Below, piece by piece: positions 54,195 to 60,911 of a stretch of 64,000 nt of DNA (the stretch's first letter is position 1; each line of letters begins with the position of its first letter). Under the pieces are notes generated by a model. That model did no database searches. It had not been told where the DNA came from and saw nothing but the letters and a program-made list of their open reading frames with translations. Source of the DNA: Clostridia bacterium. GTDB taxonomy: Bacteria > Bacillota > Clostridia > Oscillospirales > CAG-272. Where the stretch lies: NCBI GenBank assembly GCA_017507145.1, contig JAFWBJ010000107.1, positions 3,712 through 67,711 of the forward strand. The letters are read 5' to 3'. A program made the position numbers and the translations under genes.

Positions 54195-54223
54195 AGTATA
54201 GCACAAAAATACGGTTTTGTAAA
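54195..54223 (-). promoter_or_regulatory. sigma-A-type promoter for the XRE-S24 repressor gene
   Basis: On the minus strand: TTTACA (54223-54218), 17 nt ending TGC, TATACT (54200-54195). Confidence 0.6.
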
Positions 54224-54230
54224 GAGGTTT

Positions 54231-54255
54231 CGGAAAAATAATTCCGCGATCGGAA
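54231..54255. promoter_or_regulatory. operator-like repeat cluster CGGAA-N6-TTCCG-N4-CGGAA
   Basis: Pentamers at 54231-35, 54242-46 and 54251-55, immediately upstream of the repressor gene's -35 box. Confidence 0.45.
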
Positions 54256-54306
54256 AAATTATTTTTGAAAAAATAAAAAAATATTTCCAAAATAAGAAAA
54301 ATACTA

Positions 54307-54335
54307 TTGACAAACCGAAAAAACTATGCTATAAT
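54307..54335 (+). promoter_or_regulatory. perfect consensus sigma-A promoter for the small membrane protein gene
   Basis: TTGACA (54307-12), exactly 17 nt (ending TGC), TATAAT (54330-35). Confidence 0.65.
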
Positions 54336-54348
54336 AAGGCCAAGAAAG

Positions 54349-54362
54349 TTCCGATAACGGAA
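54349..54362. promoter_or_regulatory. operator-like inverted repeat TTCCG-ATAA-CGGAA
   Basis: It has the same TTCCG-N4-CGGAA architecture as 54242-54255. It lies between the -10 box and the RBS of the small membrane protein gene. Confidence 0.45.
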
Positions 54363-54374
54363 AGGATGGAAATC

Positions 54375-54659
54375 ATGAACAGAACGATCAACCTCAACAC
54401 CGCTCCCCGTCATACGCTCCGCCCCACCTTCGGCGATTGGATGGCATTGCTCTTTGCATGCCTGCGCTGCCTGTTTGCGCACCGTGAGGTCCGCATTGGT
54501 ACACGGGTCTTTTTCGGCGGTACTGCGTTCTTGATGATGCTTGGTGTTGTTGGTGCGATCGAGTGCGGCAGCATGGCCATGCTGCCCGGCGGCCTGCTTT
54601 GTTTGGGCCTGATGGTCGTTTCCTTCCTTATCCTTCGCGGCTTGACCGAGGAGGTCTGA
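54375..54659 (+). CDS. hypothetical small membrane protein (94 aa, 2-3 TM) divergent from the S24 repressor
   Basis: Downstream of a perfect TTGACA-17-TATAAT promoter. ATG 54375 lies 8 nt after AAAGGA (an in-frame ATG at 54366 is too close to the RBS). Hydrophobic segments are FFGGTAFLMMLGVVGAI and LPGGLLCLGLMVVSFLIL. A strong terminator follows. Confidence 0.5.
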   Translation: MNRTINLNTAPRHTLRPTFGDWMALLFACLRCLFAHREVRIGTRVFFGGTAFLMMLGVVGAIECGSMAMLPGGLLCLGLMVVSFLILRGLTEEV

Positions 54660-54711
54660 GTCCCTTTTTGCCTCCACGCCTGCTGTCACAGGCTGAGGAT
54701 AGATGATCTGC

Positions 54712-54750
54712 AAAAAAAGACGTCCAACCACAGTTGGACGTCTTTTGCTT
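54712..54750. terminator. bidirectional terminator between the small membrane protein and permease genes
   Basis: AAAAAAAGACGTCCAAC-caca-GTTGGACGTCTTTTGCTTTT, with an 11-bp stem. Confidence 0.85.
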
Positions 54751-54767
54751 TTACCGGTGCAGATCGC

Positions 54768-55919
54768 TCACACAAGGAAGAGCGATACCAGAGTCAGCAC
54801 GCCGAGGAAGCCGAAATTCAGCACGGTGAAGAGCGCAATATAGCTGCGCGTCTTCTCGGGATAATGCGTGGTGTAGATGCGGAAGGTGATGAGACTGGCC
54901 AGCGAAGCGATAAGCGTGCCGGCACCGCCGATATTCACGCCGATCAGCAGGGCGGGGTAGTTTTCGGTGAACTGCGAAAGCAGAATAGCAGAGGGCACAT
55001 TGCTAATGAACTGGCAGGACACCACCGCCGTCAGCAGCGTGCTTTTTTCAAGCAGCATCGAGAAGAGCATGCGGATGGGGGCGATTCGTGACATATTGCC
55101 GGCGAAGATGAAGAAGCAGACGAAGGTCAGCAGAAGCGGGTAGTCGACTTTCTTGAGCGCATCGCGGTCCATGGGAAGCAGGATGGCAAGGGTCAACAGA
55201 ATTCCGATCGGGTAGGGGATAACGCGGAAGACGATCAGAATGGTTGACGCGAAGAGTGCGAGATAAAGCGCCGTCTTGCCGATGGGGAGCTTCTCTTCTT
55301 CGGTGGTTACGACCAGCGGCTCGCGCGGGATGAAGAGGCAGATAAGAAAGATCAGCGCGATCGAAACGGCGAAGGGGAGGGCCATGATGCGCATAAACTC
55401 ACCGTTGGGGATGTTGAAACAGGTGTAGAGATAGAGATTCTGCGGATTGCCGAAGGGGGTGAGCATACCGCCGAGGTTAGCGGCGATGTTCTGCAGAATG
55501 AAGGTCAGCGCCATGTACTTCTCGCGGCCGGTGGAGGAGAGCACCAGATAGCCCAGCGGCAGGAAGGTCAGGAGCGCCATGTCGTTGGCGATGAGCATCG
55601 AGCCGATGAAGGTGATGCAGACCAGCGCGAAGACTGCCGAGCGCGTATTGCCCGCACAGCGCACGATTTTGCGCGCGAGGATGGTGAAAAAGTGCAGATT
55701 TTTCAGTGCGCAGATGACGGCAAGGGTGCAGAAGAGACAGGCCAGCGTTTTGTAATCGAAATAATCGAGATACGCGGCATCGGGGGGGACAAAGATGGCC
55801 GAGAGCGCCGCAGCCAGCATGGCGATGACCAAAACGGCATTTTTGCGGACAAACTCTGCCGGAGAAAAGGGAAGGGACGGAAGATGCGGCTGGCGATGAA
55901 TTCGAACCTGCGATTGCAT
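54768..55919 (-). CDS. ArsB/NhaD-superfamily anion permease (citrate-transporter/SLC13-like)
   Basis: About 10-12 TM segments. IANDMALLTFLP and GGMLTPFGNPQNLYLY motifs. GAGGTAG RBS. Confidence 0.7.
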   Translation of the reverse strand: MQSQVRIHRQPHLPSLPFSPAEFVRKNAVLVIAMLAAALSAIFVPPDAAYLDYFDYKTLACLFCTLAVICALKNLHFFTILARKIVRCAGNTRSAVFALVCITFIGSMLIANDMALLTFLPLGYLVLSSTGREKYMALTFILQNIAANLGGMLTPFGNPQNLYLYTCFNIPNGEFMRIMALPFAVSIALIFLICLFIPREPLVVTTEEEKLPIGKTALYLALFASTILIVFRVIPYPIGILLTLAILLPMDRDALKKVDYPLLLTFVCFFIFAGNMSRIAPIRMLFSMLLEKSTLLTAVVSCQFISNVPSAILLSQFTENYPALLIGVNIGGAGTLIASLASLITFRIYTTHYPEKTRSYIALFTVLNFGFLGVLTLVSLFLV

Positions 55920-55974
55920 ACAACAACTACCTCAAACAAAAAATCAGCGCGTATCGGGATACGCGAACTGAATT

Positions 55975-56003
55975 AGAATAGCACAAAACCGTCATTTTTT
56001 CAA
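55975..56003 (-). promoter_or_regulatory. sigma-A-type promoter for the anion permease gene
   Basis: On the minus strand: TTGAAA, 17 nt ending TGC, TATTCT. Confidence 0.5.
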
Positions 56004-56106
56004 GCGGTTGGATGAATTTTCGGAAAAATCAGCATTTTTCACGCAGAATCCCCCCAAAAAGCTGCCTTCCATGGTCAGCTTCACAAAAGAAAAATGGCGC
56101 GCAAGC

Positions 56107-56135
56107 TTGCATTTTTTCGAAAAAAGGGGTATAAT
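56107..56135 (+). promoter_or_regulatory. sigma-A-type promoter for the HAD-HAD-SiR-like unit
   Basis: TTGCAT, 17 nt, TATAAT. Confidence 0.6.
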
Positions 56136-56184
56136 AAATTCGATTGGATTTGATACGAACACCAGTTAAGGAGAGGGCACGCTC

Positions 56185-56982
56185 ATGGCGCAACGAATGG
56201 CAATTTTTTTCGATATTGACGGTACGATTCTGCCGCACGGCATGAACGCAATTCCGCCAGAAACGATAGCGGCGATTCGCGCGGCGCAGGCAAACGGCCA
56301 CCTCTGTTTTATCAATACCGGTCGAGAAGAAGCAACCATTGAGCGCTTTTTACGCGAAGCGGGATTTGACGGCATCATCGCCGGCCTCGGGCTGTCTGCA
56401 CGGATGGGGGATAAGGTGCTCTGGCGCCATCCGCCGAATGAAGCGATGACCCGCCGCGTGCTGGAGGCTTCCCGTGCCTGCGGTGTGCGGGTGCTCTTCG
56501 AGGGAAACGAGGCCACTGGCTATGACGGCTGGCGATTTCCGCCCAACGAAGAGGAGCAGGCGATCATCGCGGCCAACCGCGCACAGGGTAGGAAGATTGT
56601 GATCTTTGGCGAGCATGATCCGCTCATCGTAACGAAATTCACTGTGACACCCCGTTGGGGTGGGGATGAAGCGCGCTTTTTATCGATGCTCGGCGACAGC
56701 GTGCAGGTCCTCTCTTACGGCACCGGCTGGCATGAAATCGTCCCGCCGGGGTTCGACAAAGGCACGGCTATGCAGCGCATGCTGGATTACCTCGGCCTGC
56801 CGCTCGCGCAGTCGATCGCGGTCGGCGACAGCCTCAACGACCTCTCTATGCTCACCCTTTGCCCCAATGGCGTGGCCATGGGCAACGGTATTGCGAAGGA
56901 GTATCCCGTTTCCTTTGTCACGCTGCCCTGCACCGAGGGCGGGATTCCACACCTGCTCCGCCACTTCGGCCTGATCGATTGA
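56185..56982 (+). CDS. Cof-type HAD-IIB family hydrolase (paralog 1)
   Basis: FFDIDGTILP motif I, NTGR, and GDSLNDLSML motif IV. AAGGAGAGGG RBS. Confidence 0.85.
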   Translation: MAQRMAIFFDIDGTILPHGMNAIPPETIAAIRAAQANGHLCFINTGREEATIERFLREAGFDGIIAGLGLSARMGDKVLWRHPPNEAMTRRVLEASRACGVRVLFEGNEATGYDGWRFPPNEEEQAIIAANRAQGRKIVIFGEHDPLIVTKFTVTPRWGGDEARFLSMLGDSVQVLSYGTGWHEIVPPGFDKGTAMQRMLDYLGLPLAQSIAVGDSLNDLSMLTLCPNGVAMGNGIAKEYPVSFVTLPCTEGGIPHLLRHFGLID

Positions 56983-57007
56983 TTTCTCTATGCGAAAGGA
57001 TTTTACG

Positions 57008-57832
57008 ATGACCAAACAAATGGTTATATTTTTCGATATTGACGGCACGCTTCTGCCCGAAGGACACACGGAAGTGCCGGAGGATGCGCTCTCCGCGATC
57101 CGCGCGGCGCAGGAGAACGGGCATCTCTGCCTGATCAATACCGGCCGTGCGCTCGGCCATATCGAGCCCTATCTGCGCGGCCTGGGGCTCGACGGGATCG
57201 TGTCGGGCTGCGGGACGATGGCGGAGGTGCACGGGGAGATTTTCTGGCAGCATCCTGCGCTCGATCTCGATGCCAGCCGCCAGCTGATCGAGAACGCCCG
57301 CGCCTGCGGCTTGACCCTGATCTACGAAGGCTACGATGCGCTGGCCTATGACCTCTATGCCAGCCCGATCACCGGCAAAGAGCGCGAGACCTATTCCTTT
57401 GCCGAAGGGCGAGGGCGCAAGCTGGTTCTGCTCGGCGAGCATGACAGCTTTCCTGTGCTGAAGTTCCTCATTGACAAGTCGCGCGGCGGTGACGTTGCGC
57501 GCTTCCACGCCATGACGCCAGGCTTTGATTTTGTCAACTTCAATGCCCGCTGGGAGGAGTGCACCCCCTGCGGCTACGACAAAGGGAAGGCGCTGATCGG
57601 CGTGATGGAGCACCTTGGCCTGCCGCTCGAACAGTCGATTGCGGTCGGCGACAATACCAATGACCTGCCGATGCTCCGTGTCTGCCCCAACAGCGTAGCC
57701 ATGGGCAACGGCACGGCAAAAGAGCATCCCGTCTCGTTCATCACCCGCCGCTGTGACGACGGCGGCATTGCCCATATGCTGCATCATTTCGGCCTTTGCT
57801 CGGATCCGGCTGAATTGCAGCAGCAACGATAA
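57008..57832 (+). CDS. Cof-type HAD-IIB family hydrolase (paralog 2)
   Basis: FFDIDGTLLP, INTGR, and GDNTNDLPML. Collinear similarity to the preceding gene along its whole length. Confidence 0.85.
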   Translation: MTKQMVIFFDIDGTLLPEGHTEVPEDALSAIRAAQENGHLCLINTGRALGHIEPYLRGLGLDGIVSGCGTMAEVHGEIFWQHPALDLDASRQLIENARACGLTLIYEGYDALAYDLYASPITGKERETYSFAEGRGRKLVLLGEHDSFPVLKFLIDKSRGGDVARFHAMTPGFDFVNFNARWEECTPCGYDKGKALIGVMEHLGLPLEQSIAVGDNTNDLPMLRVCPNSVAMGNGTAKEHPVSFITRRCDDGGIAHMLHHFGLCSDPAELQQQR

Positions 57833-57855
57833 TCTTCACAGAAAGGACCATAATC

Positions 57856-58737
57856 ATGCAGAAATTGACAGCAGAACAAATTAAATCGGTCAAGGGCCAG
57901 GGCTTTTTGCGCAATCGCGGCACCGACTGCTTCTCGGGCCGTGTCGTATCGGCCGCAGGCCTCTTTACCGCTGACCAGCTCACCGTCCTCGCCGAGGCCG
58001 CCCGCCGCTTCGGCAACGGCACGCTGATCAACACCGCCAGACAGTGCATCGAGCTGCCCGGCATCCCGTATGAGCAGATCCCGGCCGCACAGGCGTATCT
58101 TGCCGAAGCTGACTGCGGCATCGCGTTCGGTGGTACCGGCGCCAAGATCCGCCCCATCGTCGCCTGCAAGGGCACGACCTGCGTTTACGGAAACTGCGAC
58201 ACCCTCGGCCTTGCGCGCAAGATCCACGAGCAGTATTATCTCGGTAAAGCCGACCTCAAGCTGCCGCATAAATTCAAGATCGCCGTCGGCGGATGCCCCA
58301 ACAGTTGCATGAAGCCCTCGATCAACGATTTCGGCATCGAGGGACGCCGCGTTCCGATCCTCAACAGCGTTTTCTGCCGCGGCTGCGCCAGATGCGCCGT
58401 AGAAGCGGCATGTCCCGGCAAGGCAGCCCATGTGCAGGACGGCAAGCTGGTCATCGGAACCAACTGCCTTTCCTGCGGCGTGTGTATCGGTAAGTGTCCC
58501 TTTGGCGCGATTGCCGCTGAGGCTGAGACGGTCTATCAGATCTATGTCGGCGGCACCTGGGGGAAGAAGCGCCGCACCGGTACCCCCCTTTCCCGCTTTG
58601 TCCGCGAGGAGGAGATCCTCCCCCTGCTTGACCGCGCGCTGGCCTGGTTTGCCGAATATGCCGAACCCGGTGAGTGGTTCGGCGCTGCGATCGACCGCAT
58701 CGGCATGGAGCAGCTTGAGGCTTATCTCTTTGCATAA
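57856..58737 (+). CDS. small nitrite/sulfite-reductase-like Fe-S protein with inserted 4Fe-4S ferredoxin domain
   Basis: NIR_SIR ferredoxin-like half-domain at the N-terminus. Cys clusters ACKGTTCVYG and GGCPNSC, plus CRGCARCAVEAC and CLSCGVCIGKCP. Confidence 0.7.
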   Translation: MQKLTAEQIKSVKGQGFLRNRGTDCFSGRVVSAAGLFTADQLTVLAEAARRFGNGTLINTARQCIELPGIPYEQIPAAQAYLAEADCGIAFGGTGAKIRPIVACKGTTCVYGNCDTLGLARKIHEQYYLGKADLKLPHKFKIAVGGCPNSCMKPSINDFGIEGRRVPILNSVFCRGCARCAVEAACPGKAAHVQDGKLVIGTNCLSCGVCIGKCPFGAIAAEAETVYQIYVGGTWGKKRRTGTPLSRFVREEEILPLLDRALAWFAEYAEPGEWFGAAIDRIGMEQLEAYLFA

Positions 58738-58755
58738 CCGTACATCATCCGTTTT

Positions 58756-58797
58756 CGGCCGCCCCGTCTTCTGCGATGGAGCGGCCGTGTTTTTTTG
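58756..58797 (+). terminator. intrinsic terminator after the SiR-like gene
   Basis: CGGCCGC-18 nt-GCGGCCG followed by TGTTTTTTT. Confidence 0.7.
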
Positions 58798-58849
58798 CCT
58801 GGAAAACCCGTTTCCGGCCAAAAATTCGCAACCTGCCAAGCCGATGGTG

Positions 58850-58857
58850 CATATACT
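58850..58857 (+). promoter_or_regulatory. possible mother-cell (SigE/SigK-type) -10 element upstream of sigK
   Basis: CATATACT fits the CATAcanT-type -10 of SigE promoters and lies 39 nt upstream of the sigK ATG. The -35 is not convincing. Confidence 0.3.
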
Positions 58858-58895
58858 GCCAACAGATGCCCGAAATTGGGCAGAGGAGGATAGTT

Positions 58896-59573
58896 ATGCT
58901 GATCTCGCTTTTTCGCTCGGCCGCACAGTTTTTATTTTTGTTTTTGGGGATTTCCACGCCGCAGAATTTTCCGCCGCCCCTGCCGGTAGAGGTTGAGCGC
59001 GCCTGCTTCGCACGTGCCCGCGAAGGAGACGAGGAGGCGCGCGCAAAGCTGATCGAGCACAATCTGCGCCTGGTTTCGCATATCGTGCGCAAATATTACG
59101 GCACCAGCCGCAACAGCGAGGATCTGGTTTCCATCGGCACCATCGGCCTGATCAAAGCCATCGACTCCTTTCGCATTGAAAACGGCGCCAGGTTCGCCAC
59201 CTATGCCGCGCGCTGTATTCAGAATGAGATCCTCATGCACTTTCGCGCGCAGAAGAAGCTGGGCTGTGAGGTGTCCATCCACGAAACCATCGATACCGAC
59301 CGCGACGGCAATCCCCTGACCTACATCGATATCATCGCAACCGAGGATACCATCGCTGACGACCTTGACCGCCGCATGCGCACCGCCCGTGCATTGGAGC
59401 TTGTCCGCACCGCGCTGGATGAACGCGAGCGGCAGATCATCGTCATGCGCTATGGCCTTGGCAGCGCGCCGCCCCAGACGCAGCGGGAGGTTGCGGGGCA
59501 GCTTGGCATTTCGCGTTCCTATGTCTCACGCATTGAAAAAGCCGCGCTGGAAAAGCTTCGTGCGGGGCTGTAA
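58896..59573 (+). CDS. sigK: RNA polymerase sporulation sigma factor SigK (pro-sigma-K, uninterrupted)
   Basis: LIEHNLRLVSHIVRKY, ATYAARCIQNEILMHFRAQKK, and GISRSYVSRIEKAAL match SigK rather than SigE. Hydrophobic pro-sequence ending ...QNFPPPLP. GAGGAGG RBS. Confidence 0.8.
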   Translation: MLISLFRSAAQFLFLFLGISTPQNFPPPLPVEVERACFARAREGDEEARAKLIEHNLRLVSHIVRKYYGTSRNSEDLVSIGTIGLIKAIDSFRIENGARFATYAARCIQNEILMHFRAQKKLGCEVSIHETIDTDRDGNPLTYIDIIATEDTIADDLDRRMRTARALELVRTALDERERQIIVMRYGLGSAPPQTQREVAGQLGISRSYVSRIEKAALEKLRAGL

Positions 59574-59711
59574 TTGGCTCTTTCCTCCTGTACGGCAAAA
59601 AAATCCATCGATTTTAAAAAAAATATTGCCGAATCCTCACGGAATATGGTATAATAAAAGAAGTCAATTGCTGTTTGGCAAGCCTGAATGAATCGATCAA
59701 GGAGACGGGCT

Positions 59712-60911
59712 ATGGTGAAGAAAAAGAAAAAATGGATGCGGCCGCGGCATCGCGTGGTGCGCAATCTCGCATACTGCATCCTCAGACCGTATATGGCACT
59801 GCGGTACGGCATCCGCATCGAGCGCTTCCGCGAGCAGGGGGATCGGCAGTATCTGGTCCTCTTCAATCATCAGACCCCGTTCGACCAGTTTTTCGTCGGC
59901 AGCTGCATCCGCGGCCCGGTTTACTATCTGGCCAGCGAGGACCTCTTCTCCAAAGGTTGGGTTTCGTCCCTGATTCGCTACCTGGTCGCCCCCATTCCCA
60001 TCAAGAAACAGACGACCGACGTCAGCGCCGTGCTCAACTGCATCCGCGTGGCGCGAGAGGGCGCAACCATCGCCCTTGCCCCCGAGGGAAACCGTACATA
60101 CAGTGGCAAAACCCGGCCGTTCAAGGCATCGATCGTTCCGCTGATCCGCAAGCTGAAGCTGCCTGTGGTCGTTTTCCGTATTGAGGGTGGCTACGGCGCT
60201 GAGCCGCGTTGGAGCAATGTGATCCGCCATGGGCCGATGCGTGTCTACGCTGCCCGAGTTATCGAGCCCGAGACGGTTGCGGCCTTGAATGATGAGGCAC
60301 TGTATGCCGAGCTGGTCGATGCGCTTGCCGTGGACGAGAGCACTTCGGGCGGCCTCTATCCGCATAAGCGCGCCGCCGAGTATCTGGAGCGCGCCGTCTA
60401 CGTCTGTCCGCATTGCGGACTCGCCGCCTTCCGCAGCGAGGGCGATCGGATCACCTGTCAGACGTGTGGACTGCAGGCGCGTTATCTGCCTGACAAAACC
60501 CTGGTTGGCGTCGGCGGGGAGTTCCCCTTCCGCACCGTTGCCGATTGGTATGATTATCAAGAAGATTTCGTCCGCGGCCTGGACCTTTCCGTCTGGCTGG
60601 ATACGCCGCTTTTCCGCGATACCGTCTGCCTGCGTGAGGTCGTGCTGAACCGGCGCAAGAAAGTCCTCTTCCGTGAGACCGAGAGCGCACTTTGGGGCGA
60701 TCGGATCACGGTGGGCGATAAAGTAATCCCCTTTGATGCCATCAGCACCGCCGCTGTGCTGGGCCGCAACAAGCTGAACCTCTATGTTGACGGCAAGGTG
60801 TATCAGTTCAAGGGAGACCGGCGCTTCAATGCGCTCAAGTATGTCAATATCTATTATCATCATCAAAATCAGAAAGAGGTAGACCGCAATGGAGAATTTC
60901 TGGGACTCTAA
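59712..60911 (+). CDS. lysophospholipid acyltransferase-family protein with C-terminal Zn-ribbon-containing extension
   Basis: NHQTPFDQ (HX4D), APEGNRT, and a CPHCG...CQTCG pair in the C-terminal ~200 aa. AAGGAG RBS. Confidence 0.75.
   Translation: MVKKKKKWMRPRHRVVRNLAYCILRPYMALRYGIRIERFREQGDRQYLVLFNHQTPFDQFFVGSCIRGPVYYLASEDLFSKGWVSSLIRYLVAPIPIKKQTTDVSAVLNCIRVAREGATIALAPEGNRTYSGKTRPFKASIVPLIRKLKLPVVVFRIEGGYGAEPRWSNVIRHGPMRVYAARVIEPETVAALNDEALYAELVDALAVDESTSGGLYPHKRAAEYLERAVYVCPHCGLAAFRSEGDRITCQTCGLQARYLPDKTLVGVGGEFPFRTVADWYDYQEDFVRGLDLSVWLDTPLFRDTVCLREVVLNRRKKVLFRETESALWGDRITVGDKVIPFDAISTAAVLGRNKLNLYVDGKVYQFKGDRRFNALKYVNIYYHHQNQKEVDRNGEFLGL

Noticed and set aside
58896-59573. Checked sigK for interruption by a skin-like element.
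   Set aside because: The reading frame is continuous from the pro-sequence through region 4.2. No intervening element is present.
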